Virus record (IMG/VR): IMGVR_UViG_3300035698_034402
Span: 20,989 to 84,988 of that record
Reading direction: 5' to 3' (one strand)
DNA: 64,000 nucleotides
Origin: a virus
Of this stretch, positions 38,033 through 48,367 are shown one piece after another. Position 1 is the stretch's first letter, and every line of letters starts with the position of its first letter. The position numbers and the translations under genes are program-made. Below the pieces are notes generated by a model. It saw only the letters and a list, made by a program, of their open reading frames with translations. It did not search any database and was not told where the DNA came from.

Positions 38033-39805
38033 GTGAAGCTCGATCAAACAATAATGAAGCTTCCGCCGGAAGAAGAGCTAGACGACTCGTTAGCTATCCC
38101 TCGCGGGTATCTCTCGGCTTTTGGCAAGCATGTTCCGGTTTACCCCAAGGGGGATTACTCCACTGGCTGGCAGGTGTTGTCGGCTCTAGGTTCGTTCTGG
38201 TCGCGGCATTTTGGGGATCGCGGAGAGTTGCTGGCGCTTTATCGCGGGGAGGCTGCTTTAGCGGTTCAGAGCTACATCGATTACTTGGAAGCGGTAGCCT
38301 GTGTCAGTAAAGAAGAGTGTCCGATTTTCCACCGGCGCACTTGGTACGCTTTAACTATTCTCGAAAGCGAATTGAGCAGCGGCAAAGCCGCTTTGCTGCG
38401 CTATGGCGACGCCCGCGGCGCAGGGTACGGCGAGTCTTACGCTTATGGGACGCCGGTGACCGACGATCTGTTAGTTGTCGATTTGGGCGAGATCAAGCAT
38501 GTCGGGCTGCTAACCAATCGTATTTTGGATCCCAGTCTAACTTGGGTGAATGGGACGGATTACTACCTGGAAGACGGGGCGCTGGCCTTGCGGGCTAATC
38601 CTTTTACGGACGGGCGCTTGCCGGTACAAAATATCTTGGACTCTGCCGGGAAGGTGACCGATCGCCAGGTGGTACTGTGGGGTTTCGACACTCAGCAGGA
38701 TCACGAGTACCTCTATCAACACTACGGCTTTGTCCTGCGGTACAAAGCTTCGTCCTCCCAAGGCTACAAGGATCTGATCAACGCGGTCTGGAACGGCTTC
38801 GTAGGTGGGTTGTCCACTCGGGATTTGGAGTGGATGCTTGCTGCACTGGCGGGGATTCCTGCAGTGAAGGAGTCCCAGGAAGTCGTCGAGGCTATTTTGC
38901 CTTACGCCTACAAGACCGTGGTGGTTACCGATCGACACAGCTATATCTACCCTCAGGGTTCCGTGGCCCGGGTGACCGTGGGCGAGCAAGTGTATGTAGG
39001 GCAGGCGTTGGTGGACACGGTTAGCGTATTTGACCTGGCAAACTTCGACGATTGTGTGGATCTTCTCACGCGCCCGTTCGTCAACGACACCGGTAGGGTT
39101 GTAACGCGTTACACTTTCGCCGATTCGTCCTCTTCAGAGGGAGCTGTGCAAGCGGTTACTCAGTATTTAGGGCACCGTTCGCCGTCTAAGGTGATCCCGG
39201 ACGCAGATACTGCTCCTCTACTGGTATTGTTGCCGATCGGTAAGGGCTTTTTAGGCACAGGCTACCAGGGTCCGCTGGGCTTTATGAACGAGCGCGGGGC
39301 CTACGACACTTCATCGATGGACGCTGCCGGGCGGATCATCGGTAAGGTGGCCCCGGTGCGGGGGACGGACGCGGACTTGGATTCATTTTGGAATGCTGCG
39401 CATTCCGCGGGGGTGGCCGAAGGCGAAACCTGGCTGCAAAAGCTCAAGCCGCTTCCGACGTACGTGAATCCGGCTGGCTTTGTCATCGAGCATTTTCTGC
39501 AGAATCACGGGCTGGTGGTATATTTGCGGTACACGCGCTTCGATGAAGACGCGCAGAACCTGGGGTTGCTACGTCTGTTGCGCGATACCTTGCCGCCGGA
39601 GAAGACGGTTATCTTCCTGCTGGATGTGGAGCAAGAAGACGACGGATCGCTGGGGGCGGAGGAGCATAAGAATTGCTACGCTGCGGTCACCAGCGAATGC
39701 TCCGTAGGCCACGAGCTGCTTTCGTCTTCTTCGGCAGAGACCTGTATGGGCGGTACCCGCATGACGGATGACCCTCAAAGTTATTATGTGAGTCGGTGTG
39801 GCTAA
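38033..39805 (+). CDS. Baseplate wedge protein (gpI/gp7-like)
   Basis: LYQHYGFVL...YKDLINAVWNGFVGG...LAALAGIP; follows J; two Ser tracts. Confidence 0.55.
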   Translation: MKLDQTIMKLPPEEELDDSLAIPRGYLSAFGKHVPVYPKGDYSTGWQVLSALGSFWSRHFGDRGELLALYRGEAALAVQSYIDYLEAVACVSKEECPIFHRRTWYALTILESELSSGKAALLRYGDARGAGYGESYAYGTPVTDDLLVVDLGEIKHVGLLTNRILDPSLTWVNGTDYYLEDGALALRANPFTDGRLPVQNILDSAGKVTDRQVVLWGFDTQQDHEYLYQHYGFVLRYKASSSQGYKDLINAVWNGFVGGLSTRDLEWMLAALAGIPAVKESQEVVEAILPYAYKTVVVTDRHSYIYPQGSVARVTVGEQVYVGQALVDTVSVFDLANFDDCVDLLTRPFVNDTGRVVTRYTFADSSSSEGAVQAVTQYLGHRSPSKVIPDADTAPLLVLLPIGKGFLGTGYQGPLGFMNERGAYDTSSMDAAGRIIGKVAPVRGTDADLDSFWNAAHSAGVAEGETWLQKLKPLPTYVNPAGFVIEHFLQNHGLVVYLRYTRFDEDAQNLGLLRLLRDTLPPEKTVIFLLDVEQEDDGSLGAEEHKNCYAAVTSECSVGHELLSSSSAETCMGGTRMTDDPQSYYVSRCG

Positions 39806-39816
39806 GGATCGACATA

Positions 39817-40377
39817 ATGAGTATCGAGCAACCTGGAAGAATCGTTGGCGAAGTAGAGCTTGCTCTGGTAGATCGCTTTGGCCACAAGTTGGCTTCGCTG
39901 TACCACGGACGCAATACCTTAACCTACGAGGGTGCCGATGCAGTAGGGCAGATCTTGGCGGGCACGTTGGAGGGGCGCATCAGCGGCATGTACTTCGGGT
40001 TCGACAGCACCGGGGCCGGAGGTGCGCCGATATCGACCAATGCCTATAGCCGAGCAGCCGACTTTCGTAGTTTGAGTTCGCCTTATGACTTCGTCCGCGT
40101 GCGGATGGGCACTGGGGTAACCAGCGCCTCGGCCTCTCAATACCAGCACAACCGAGTGATCTTTACCGCGGTAGCCGAGGCGGGCGAGACGGGTTACAAC
40201 GGCCTGGCTTTTGCCGGAAGTACCGCGGAAGTTACCCATTTCGGTTTGGTAGTGATCCCAGATTGGAATGACGCGACGCAGGACCTGGTTTACGCGGTCT
40301 ACAGCCCAGCCGCGGTGATCGGGGTTCCTGCGAACACTGGCGTGGCTATGCGATGGCAAACAGCTTTCAGCTCGTAG
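39817..40377 (+). CDS. Tail-collar/fibre attachment protein
   Basis: GEVELALVDRFG...GRNTLTYEG...ISGMYFG pattern; ATG at 39817. Confidence 0.5.
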   Translation: MSIEQPGRIVGEVELALVDRFGHKLASLYHGRNTLTYEGADAVGQILAGTLEGRISGMYFGFDSTGAGGAPISTNAYSRAADFRSLSSPYDFVRVRMGTGVTSASASQYQHNRVIFTAVAEAGETGYNGLAFAGSTAEVTHFGLVVIPDWNDATQDLVYAVYSPAAVIGVPANTGVAMRWQTAFSS

Positions 40378-40386
40378 AGATTTATA

Positions 40387-42204
40387 ATGTCGATATGGCG
40401 CGAGAATCTTAGCCTAATCAGCGACGGCGATACGGTAGACGCGCAAACTACTAATCCACCGCTGATCCAGCTAGCCGAACGTACACAATACCTCAAGAAT
40501 CGAATGGACGCTCAGGCCAGCGGTGAGGGGGTTGTGCTCTTTTCCCAAACGTTGGATTCTACGGTTTCCGAGGGCGACGCAGTCTACTATGACATTGTCT
40601 CGGAGACCTTCAAGTCCGCCTTGGCTACTGCCGTCGATACCTCCGGGCAATTGAAGACCGCCCCTTCCGCCTTTGTAGTAGGTGTCGTTATCCGCAAGCT
40701 GACGACTACCAGCGGCGATATCCTCATCCAGGGGCGCTATGGGGACGTAACGCTGACTGATGCAGCGGGTGCGGCCTTGGCCTATGGGAACTACTACTTG
40801 TCGGCCAACGACGCAGGTAAGCTGGTAAGCACCCGCCCCGCAGTGGGAATTTACGTTTGCGCGGTTACTGATCAGGGCATCATCGTCAACCCCACACCGC
40901 GAGAGGTGCTGGAAGATCATCTGCACTACCGTTTCGAGCTGGATGTCGATCCGGCGGGGCAGGCCATCTGCTACGACGAGAACCGGGTAGGTATCGAATA
41001 TGCTGATTCCTCACGGGAGGGTTGGCTGCCTGCTGATGACGCGGTGTTTCAAGGCGCCGCTTCGACAGGCGCCCAGTTCGGATACAACCTCTGGCAAAAC
41101 GCCGAGTTGGCCGCAGCTTGGCCGCCGCAACCTTTAGGCGCAGCTTACCTTGAGCTGAACGGTGTCGGAGTCTCGCAGGATCTGTTCCAGATAGACGCTC
41201 ACGGGATCTGGTGGCTGAGCGCCTGCCGCACTCAGGTGCCTTGGGAGAGCAATATCTGCTTGAGCAGCAGCCTGTCAGTTGCCGAGTCAGAGGTCTCGTC
41301 CTCCTCGTCCCCGGCGGCTGCTGCGCCGGTATGCGGTCCGACCACGCGGCGCCTGATCCTGTGGTTCACTACGCTGCTATCTAAGACCGATCAGGCAGCA
41401 GTTACCGGGATCAAGGCAGCTACCAACGAGCCCATCATGGTTACGGGGTGCGCTGAACCAGACGCCAATGGCTACCTCCAGGGGCGCGTTGAAGTAGCAC
41501 TGAATATGGATTGGTCGCGAGCGGGAGATACCGCAGGTTCCGAGGTGCTCAAGACCATCACCGGCGACGGAGTCTTGGGAGTCGGCCACGTGGTCGAGGG
41601 CATTCGAGGAACCGGCCTGATCTCCGCGACGGGTTCCCAGAGGCTCTCTGGAGGCTATTCCGCTGGCTCTGTGACGCTTTCAGGGCTCGACCCTACTCAG
41701 ATCACCCGAAAAGTCGACGTGACGCTTGTAGCGCTTGCTGGCGCTGCTGAAGGCATCTACGAAGGGATTGTGCCTTATATCGGGTTGGTAGCCGGAAGGG
41801 ACAATTCCTTTGTTGGCCGGGTGCGTGTGGATCAGCTATCCATGACCAGCCCGCGATTGCGATTGACGCTGTGGTTTGCTACTCCGACCGCCGGTACTCC
41901 TCCATCTACGGTGTCGATCGCGTATGCACGGATTGCAGCCGCCGACCTGGTCGGCGAGTCGTCTTCTTCGCTGGTCGGGGGCGGATTTGCCACTTTGCCG
42001 ACTGCCTGGTCCAGCGCGGTCAACTTGAGTCTTGAGGATCTGGGTAATGTGGGGGCCGGAGAGTACTTCGCCCGGCGGTCTTTAGATCTCTCGGTGGCCA
42101 GCGATGAACTGCTGCTATTTCGACTAAGACGTTCTGCGACAGGAGGTTACAGCGGAGAACTAGCGGTCGTGAACATGGTGGCCTTACTTTACGATGGGGC
42201 GTAA
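40387..42204 (+). CDS. Tail fibre-type protein
   Basis: N-terminal ISDGDTVDA...NPPLIQLAERTQYLK typical of fibre N-termini; GDAVYYD...YYLSANDAGKL module; two Ser tracts. Confidence 0.6.
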   Translation: MSIWRENLSLISDGDTVDAQTTNPPLIQLAERTQYLKNRMDAQASGEGVVLFSQTLDSTVSEGDAVYYDIVSETFKSALATAVDTSGQLKTAPSAFVVGVVIRKLTTTSGDILIQGRYGDVTLTDAAGAALAYGNYYLSANDAGKLVSTRPAVGIYVCAVTDQGIIVNPTPREVLEDHLHYRFELDVDPAGQAICYDENRVGIEYADSSREGWLPADDAVFQGAASTGAQFGYNLWQNAELAAAWPPQPLGAAYLELNGVGVSQDLFQIDAHGIWWLSACRTQVPWESNICLSSSLSVAESEVSSSSSPAAAAPVCGPTTRRLILWFTTLLSKTDQAAVTGIKAATNEPIMVTGCAEPDANGYLQGRVEVALNMDWSRAGDTAGSEVLKTITGDGVLGVGHVVEGIRGTGLISATGSQRLSGGYSAGSVTLSGLDPTQITRKVDVTLVALAGAAEGIYEGIVPYIGLVAGRDNSFVGRVRVDQLSMTSPRLRLTLWFATPTAGTPPSTVSIAYARIAAADLVGESSSSLVGGGFATLPTAWSSAVNLSLEDLGNVGAGEYFARRSLDLSVASDELLLFRLRRSATGGYSGELAVVNMVALLYDGA

Positions 42205-42206
42205 CG

Positions 42207-43142
42207 ATGGTTGCTGGAGCCATCACGCATACCGAATGGCTGAACGAGAACCGCAACCGGAGGTACCCCTTCTGGGATTATTGCTCGTTGAGGGATTCCT
42301 CCAGCTCGATGCAGCTGCCTAACGAGCTAATCGTGGATTTGGTCTTCCCGGTTCACGCTCTGGATCAGGACGTTTCTCAGTTCCATCTCAAAGAGCTGGT
42401 TGTCTTTGGGGGCGGAGTAACCATCACCCTGGGGTATGGCGGGGTAGCCATCGCTACTCGGACCATCACCGAGGCCGAGCACACCGAGAACAGGACCTAT
42501 TGCATCGAGGGCCTCGGAGATTTCGCCGATAGCGTGGGCCGAATCATCATCGGGCGCTTGGAGGACGTTAAAGATTACGGGGGAAGTTACGCGTTCAACA
42601 TTGCCGATGCCCGGCTCTTGCCAACGGTACTCCGCCCCAGTCTCAAAGGAGTCAGCAGTCTGCGGGTGGTTAGCGCAGATAATGACATCAGCGACCTGCT
42701 CCAGGGGGATATTGAACTGGTAGCGGGCGACAATATCCAGATGACTATTACCGACGCAGGCGGCGGAGTTAAACGTCTGAAGATATCCGCGGTGACCAAT
42801 TCCGACTTCCAAGAGAGCTGCGACTGCCCGGACGAGGCCCAGGGCGAGCCGATCAAAACTATCAATGGCGTGAGCCCCAACTCCAACGGGGAGTTTTTTA
42901 TCACAGGACTCGATTGCGTGACTATTGACAACGGTGCGGTAGCTAACGGTATTCGGATCGAGGATGACTGCGCGGAGCCATGCTGCGGCTGCAAGGAGCT
43001 GGATGTTCTACGGGACGAGATAGCCCGGCTGGGCGCTCAGCTCGCTACACAGCGAAATTTTGCTCAGCGAGCCACAGGCTCTATCGAGCAAATGCGGGAT
43101 GTAATTTTAGCTTCTAAGCTCGGGGCAGTAGTGCCGTGTTAG
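42207..43142 (+). CDS. Cys-rich tail appendage protein, paralog 1
   Basis: EWLNENRNRRYPF; IKTINGVSP; DDCAEPCCGC; C-terminal coiled coil. Confidence 0.65.
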   Translation: MVAGAITHTEWLNENRNRRYPFWDYCSLRDSSSSMQLPNELIVDLVFPVHALDQDVSQFHLKELVVFGGGVTITLGYGGVAIATRTITEAEHTENRTYCIEGLGDFADSVGRIIIGRLEDVKDYGGSYAFNIADARLLPTVLRPSLKGVSSLRVVSADNDISDLLQGDIELVAGDNIQMTITDAGGGVKRLKISAVTNSDFQESCDCPDEAQGEPIKTINGVSPNSNGEFFITGLDCVTIDNGAVANGIRIEDDCAEPCCGCKELDVLRDEIARLGAQLATQRNFAQRATGSIEQMRDVILASKLGAVVPC

Positions 43143-43152
43143 GAGGCTAACT

Positions 43153-44529
43153 ATGCCGAGCGTGGAAGGCGAGTGGTTAGAACGCAACAGGTATCGCAGC
43201 CATCCGTTCATCGTTACGCCCCAAGCAGTAGCATATCAGACCTTGATTGACGGGCTGTTCGTTGACGCCTATTTGGTTCACGAAGAGAGTCTGGGCGATG
43301 CGCCGCTGACGATCCAATTCGTCGATTTTACTGGCGACATATTAAAATTAGCCGAAGCGGACACTTCGGTGACTCTGCTCCAGCTAACCGCTCCCGACAA
43401 GACTAATTCCGATGACGGCCGCTACCGCACTTACTTATGGTCCGATGATGCGCTACGCGTCGCCGTAACGCTGATCGTTTCGTTGGATAGCCCCTTTTGG
43501 GATGAAGTGGTCAAGGAGACTGAGTTCACTGCAGATAATGCCCTAGTATCGAAGTGCGTGGAACAGCAAGCCCAACGTGTTGATCAACTTGGGGTACGTG
43601 CCGGGGCTATTGTCGTCGATATCGGCGAAGTTGGACATTACGTCGAGGGCTCCAATATTCGATTAGAGCTTGACCCGAACACTGCGCGTATGCAGGCTTT
43701 AGAATTGAGGGAGTCTGGGCTGCGGCCGAATCCATATCGCATTGTTATCGGCGCGGTAGCTGGGGCGGGGGAGGGTCGAACAGAGGTGGGCTGCGCAGCG
43801 ACGGCCGATGCGGTCTATAGCATCAACGGACAACGTCCTACAAACGGAGGGCTACAGCTGGAAGGCGACACGTGCTATAGGATTACACGTCCGACTGGGG
43901 CGCTGGTCATGGACGAATTCAAAAGTACCCGGCACACCTTACAGCTCGCTAACGATTGCCAAGCCTGCTGCGATTGCGCGGATTTTATTGAGGTGCTGGA
44001 ACAGATCCGCGACTTGAAGGACGAGGGCTTGCGCGTCCGCCGCGAATGGGAAGACGCCCGGGAAGCCTTCGAGCAGGTTTTGTCCGACTGGCAAGCGACG
44101 TTGACCTGCGTGGGCACCAGCTGTATTTCCCGGCTGTTCGGCTATTCGTTTACCGGCTGGCTGGTCACCGTGCAGATCTGGATCGGCAACCCCCAGGCTT
44201 GTCTGCGGCCGGGTGCCAGCATCGAAGTGCGTTTCAGCAACGGGGACTTCGACCCGGTTTACGTCGAAGGCACCGGTATGGCGTACAACGACCAAGACAT
44301 GTATGCCCAGGCGGAGGTTACCGAGGCTGCCGGGGTATTTACCATGGAAGACAACAATGCGATCAAGGGAGGGGGCTACAAGATCTTCGTGTTCTCGGTG
44401 CGAATGCAGCCGTCCGTTGACCGGGTGGATGGAAATACGGTGCAGATTGACGCTTCGGTCGCCGCTTGCGAGCAAGCTCCCGAGTTGTTGACGACCCTGG
44501 TAGAGCTGCGCGGCAATGCGAGTAAGTAA
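43153..44529 (+). CDS. Cys-rich tail appendage protein, paralog 2
   Basis: EWLERNRYRSHPF; VYSINGQRP; NDCQACCDC. Confidence 0.65.
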   Translation: MPSVEGEWLERNRYRSHPFIVTPQAVAYQTLIDGLFVDAYLVHEESLGDAPLTIQFVDFTGDILKLAEADTSVTLLQLTAPDKTNSDDGRYRTYLWSDDALRVAVTLIVSLDSPFWDEVVKETEFTADNALVSKCVEQQAQRVDQLGVRAGAIVVDIGEVGHYVEGSNIRLELDPNTARMQALELRESGLRPNPYRIVIGAVAGAGEGRTEVGCAATADAVYSINGQRPTNGGLQLEGDTCYRITRPTGALVMDEFKSTRHTLQLANDCQACCDCADFIEVLEQIRDLKDEGLRVRREWEDAREAFEQVLSDWQATLTCVGTSCISRLFGYSFTGWLVTVQIWIGNPQACLRPGASIEVRFSNGDFDPVYVEGTGMAYNDQDMYAQAEVTEAAGVFTMEDNNAIKGGGYKIFVFSVRMQPSVDRVDGNTVQIDASVAACEQAPELLTTLVELRGNASK

Positions 44530-47229
44530 ATGGTAGTTAGCCAGCATACCGTGGGGAGTCTAAACGATGTCCGAGCGTATCCCTTTGCGGACAACGCTAG
44601 CTGTTGCGCTGATGACGGCAGCGCTTTGCCTGAGAGCATTTTGAACGATTGCCACGTTTGGTGGCCGGATCTTTATGGTTCGACAGGTTTTATTGCCTCT
44701 ATCACAGTGAGCCCCAATCTTATGACTTTGACCATCGCAGCAAAGCACCTCGTGACCGGCGCGATTACAGTATTAGCGGCTGTTCAGATCGCCCGCTCGG
44801 CCACACCGTATCGCAGTTATCCGGTTGAAGCTCTACAGGCCGGAGTGGGCGGTTGGGTAGCGCCTGGAAAGATTCCCGAAGAAATGACAGGAGTGCGTAC
44901 CTGGTTGTTCAGCGACCCGGACCAGGCTGCTTTGCTACCCAGACTTGCCCACGCTTACCCCGTCGGCGGGGTGCTCTCTCTGGGCAAGGAAGACAGCGCC
45001 GAAGCGCTGGACGGAAGAGTGCGTTTTATCGCAGGCACCAATATGACCGTAGAGGAGGGCTACCGCTACATCGACGGAGCGCTGACTCGTTGTATTGTCT
45101 TCGGCTTGAACTCCGAGCAGTTGCCCGAGATGTACAAGCTTTTTGCTGGGCCGTGCGGCAAGCGCCCGGAAAGCGGCACCTGTGATCGTGAGCCTTTGCG
45201 GACTATCAACCAGGTAGAGCCGGATTGCGCAGGGCTCATTTATCTGGAGATCGACGACACCAACGGAGTTCTTGCCGGGTATCCTGATATTACCGACGAC
45301 GCAGGCGGCACCGGGATCGTGTTGACTACGCCGGTGGCCTATGGTGACGTGTGCGAAACAGTCGTGCGTTTTGATCCGCTGGCGGAGGACCAGTGCGCTT
45401 CTTCGTTAAGCGAGTACGTTCCGGAGGAACCGGAGGCAGAATCATCTGCTGCATTAGTACCACAATCCTCTTCTTCCTGGGTTGCTGCCCGGAGGATCGA
45501 ATATAGCTTTTCCGATTTAGAAGCTCTTCGCGACTGGTCGCCGTTCGAGGGACTCGGCAAGGTCTCGGGGTTTCATTGGGCCATGGATCATTTGGGCAGT
45601 GATTGGAGATTTGATCGAATACCCGGAACGGTTACTGATACGGCTTTACGAGTTGAAACCGGCGCCCTGGTAATTCCGTCTTATGAGGGACCTACTAACG
45701 TAATTCAAAGGGTATTGCGAAATAACAACTGGCGAATGGGACTCGATCGACACGGCGACTTTGTCGACGTAGAACTGGACTGGGAGATTTCCGCCCTTTT
45801 GCTTTCGGAGTTAGTTGAAGACGGGTACGGACATACGCGGTCGTTACAGTTTTACATCTCGTGCGGCCTAATGACCCGCGCGTATCCGTGGCTTGGGCGG
45901 GTGCTCCGAATGAACGTCGAGTACAGCCGGGTGAGCCAGCCCGGAGAACCGGCCTGTCCTTGGAAGCACGGGATCAAGGTGGAGGTCTCCTTACAAGCGA
46001 CCTATGTTCAAATTAACTGGTTGAAGTTAACCGACAGCCAAGTTAAGTATTTTTACCGGCTGCCTAGTGAAGGAGGATTGCTTTCGTCTTCGTCGTTCGA
46101 TGCCGACGAGCTATTGCGCGAGCGCGTTCATTTCCGTTTAACTCGTCGCAATCTTCCGGACTACGCCCTCCTTCGGGGCGAGCGTTCGTCTTCGTCTTCT
46201 ATAATAGGAAGGAGCCCGTACTTAGACTGGGAATACACTTACAACGACGAGACTACTGTCGACGGCCGTTTTGATCTTAGCTACCTGGCTGGAGACGGCA
46301 CCGAAAATTGGGAGTACATGAAATTTTTTGGCGTGCGTTACGCGACTGGCTCCCAGGATGCCCCGTTCATTCAGGTCCCGCTGCGTTTGCGGAACTTGGC
46401 ACTAACAGCCACTCGCCTGGCTCGCCAGGATTGCGACGACGAGGACTACCGCGGCGATGCAGACGCGGAAACAGTGGATTATGCAGTACGTTATGACCCG
46501 ACGAACCACTGGTCCAACGACTTTGGTACCACGCGGGCTCTACGGATGTTTCAACGTCTGCCGAGTTCAACGTACCTTTTGCCGCAACAGTTCTATCTTG
46601 ATGGCGCTTATCTGGTCTACCCCCGGCAGTATCTGGACGCGGGCTTTGGTACCAATCACAAGTACGGGGTGTTGCACTGCTCAGACAGCTCCGTAGATAC
46701 CTACGTTTATTCTGCGGCCTTCAAAGGCATCAGCGCGAACCCGAAAGTAGGCGTCTTGCTGGGCTACCAGAACGACGACGCCGACACTTTCTGGGCGGTG
46801 GTTGTCGATCTTAACCGCCGGAAGATCTCCTACGGCGTGCAAGCCTATGGAATCTTTACCCCGGTGAGTTGGGAGAACTTAGTTGGTCTAGGGGACCCGA
46901 CCGACTGGCATCGTCTAGTAGTGCATATTGCCCCCGGATACCCCGGATATGTCGTACGGGCTTGGGTGAACCCTTGGTCTCCGGGATCGTCATCTGGCGG
47001 CGGGCCAAATCTGACAAAGACGATACCGATAGATTACGCTAGTCCTACGTACGCGTTGACGTCAATCTCGGCCTGGGCGCCCGGTTCGCTGACGCCGCAG
47101 GACGAGTTCGCCGACGGAGCGCCTGGGTTTTATGTCTACGGGGGTACGGCGCGGATCGCCGAGTTTACTGCTTCCCCGGTTAATGAAGACATTGTGGTGC
47201 CTAACAAGGTGCCCTGGTTACCTCGGTAA
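44530..47229 (+). CDS. Tail appendage protein, paralog 3, with C-terminal beta-sandwich (lectin-like) domains
   Basis: LNDVRAYPF; LRTINQVEPDC; three Ser tracts; aromatic-rich C-half. Confidence 0.65.
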   Translation: MVVSQHTVGSLNDVRAYPFADNASCCADDGSALPESILNDCHVWWPDLYGSTGFIASITVSPNLMTLTIAAKHLVTGAITVLAAVQIARSATPYRSYPVEALQAGVGGWVAPGKIPEEMTGVRTWLFSDPDQAALLPRLAHAYPVGGVLSLGKEDSAEALDGRVRFIAGTNMTVEEGYRYIDGALTRCIVFGLNSEQLPEMYKLFAGPCGKRPESGTCDREPLRTINQVEPDCAGLIYLEIDDTNGVLAGYPDITDDAGGTGIVLTTPVAYGDVCETVVRFDPLAEDQCASSLSEYVPEEPEAESSAALVPQSSSSWVAARRIEYSFSDLEALRDWSPFEGLGKVSGFHWAMDHLGSDWRFDRIPGTVTDTALRVETGALVIPSYEGPTNVIQRVLRNNNWRMGLDRHGDFVDVELDWEISALLLSELVEDGYGHTRSLQFYISCGLMTRAYPWLGRVLRMNVEYSRVSQPGEPACPWKHGIKVEVSLQATYVQINWLKLTDSQVKYFYRLPSEGGLLSSSSFDADELLRERVHFRLTRRNLPDYALLRGERSSSSSIIGRSPYLDWEYTYNDETTVDGRFDLSYLAGDGTENWEYMKFFGVRYATGSQDAPFIQVPLRLRNLALTATRLARQDCDDEDYRGDADAETVDYAVRYDPTNHWSNDFGTTRALRMFQRLPSSTYLLPQQFYLDGAYLVYPRQYLDAGFGTNHKYGVLHCSDSSVDTYVYSAAFKGISANPKVGVLLGYQNDDADTFWAVVVDLNRRKISYGVQAYGIFTPVSWENLVGLGDPTDWHRLVVHIAPGYPGYVVRAWVNPWSPGSSSGGGPNLTKTIPIDYASPTYALTSISAWAPGSLTPQDEFADGAPGFYVYGGTARIAEFTASPVNEDIVVPNKVPWLPR

Positions 47230-47243
47230 TAGGAGAAAAGATT

Positions 47244-47507
47244 ATGGACATCAAGACCCGCGGATACGCTACAACGGAGTTTTTACTGCAGATCGTCGCC
47301 GTCGTTTGTATCGTCGGAGCGACGGTAGCTAAAAACGCCTGGGGTTGGGAGATTCCGGAGGACTTGCTGAAGCTGCTTTGGGGGCTGGTCGGCGGTGCCT
47401 CGGTCTACACTGTCGGGCGATCGTATTATAAGGGCCAGAGAGTCAAAGCGATGCTGACGAACGGCGGAGCGCCGATAGCGCCGATAGCGCCGTCCAAGAA
47501 GAAGTGA
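47244..47507 (+). CDS. Putative holin/small two-TM membrane protein
   Basis: RGYATTEFLL motif, two hydrophobic helices, YTVGRSYYKG, basic C-terminus; RBS aggag. Confidence 0.5.
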   Translation: MDIKTRGYATTEFLLQIVAVVCIVGATVAKNAWGWEIPEDLLKLLWGLVGGASVYTVGRSYYKGQRVKAMLTNGGAPIAPIAPSKKK

Positions 47508-47526
47508 TCTGTAACGCGTTACACCA

Positions 47527-48366
47527 ATGAGAATTACCTACCCGTCTTACTACGAGGAGTCTGTTGATGCAGACTACCCCTTTGAATCCGGAGCCAGCCG
47601 GAACAACGGGGACGTTGTCATCGAGAACGACGTCTTTGTCGACGGACGCCTGTTCCCTCCGGACGGGCGGTACGATTTGTTCATCTCGGCAATCGAGGTC
47701 GGCGATGAAGTAAATATTACTTTGTCTGACGGGACCGGCGAAGTCGGGAGAGGATCTTTCGACCGTAATGCCCCGCCGTCGTTTCTTACTTTTTACACCG
47801 CAGATTTCGCAGTATATCTGGGCCTGCTGCAGTGTCTTTATCCGGAGACGTACGGGGGAGCGTCGCATGCCGGATTGAACAAGTTGGCTGGATGGCCGAA
47901 CGGAGTGTATCGCTTCGATCAAGAGCAGACGCGCTTTGCGGCCACTGTAGTAGTCCCCCAGCCGCAAGGCGTGGTCCGGTCCATCGTGCTGGACTCGGGA
48001 GCCGTATTTCGCGGGGATGTCGTGCTGTATGGCGAGCAGGGGGTGCAGTTAACCATCCCGAAGGAAACCGGATCTTCGTCTTCCAGCCGGGGTCCGTACT
48101 GCGGATTCGACGGGTACTTGGACAACCGTATCCGCGTGGACGTGGTTGGCGACCCATTGTTCGTCCGCCGGGGTTGCGAAGACCGCGGTGTGCAGACACG
48201 ACAGAATGTGCTGGTCAAAGGAATCGTTTTTGACAGTTCGGCTATCGAGCCGGACGCAACCGGGGCGTTTCATCTAACCCTGGCGACACTGGCTGCGGAC
48301 GAACGCCCGGGGTTGCGACTCACTACAGAGCGCCACGGGCTGCGGGTCGGCTTTCTAGGCGGCTGA
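47527..48366 (+). CDS. Tail appendage protein, paralog 4
   Basis: YYEESVDADYPF; FRGDVVLYGEQGVQL; IEPDATGAFHL; Ser tract. Confidence 0.6.
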   Translation: MRITYPSYYEESVDADYPFESGASRNNGDVVIENDVFVDGRLFPPDGRYDLFISAIEVGDEVNITLSDGTGEVGRGSFDRNAPPSFLTFYTADFAVYLGLLQCLYPETYGGASHAGLNKLAGWPNGVYRFDQEQTRFAATVVVPQPQGVVRSIVLDSGAVFRGDVVLYGEQGVQLTIPKETGSSSSSRGPYCGFDGYLDNRIRVDVVGDPLFVRRGCEDRGVQTRQNVLVKGIVFDSSAIEPDATGAFHLTLATLAADERPGLRLTTERHGLRVGFLGG

Positions 48367-48367
48367 T

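Noticed and set aside
18552-39805. Extracellular contractile injection system, tailocin or T6SS
   Set aside because: Capsid, prohead protease, scaffold and neck genes are contiguous with the tail genes, indicating a complete phage.
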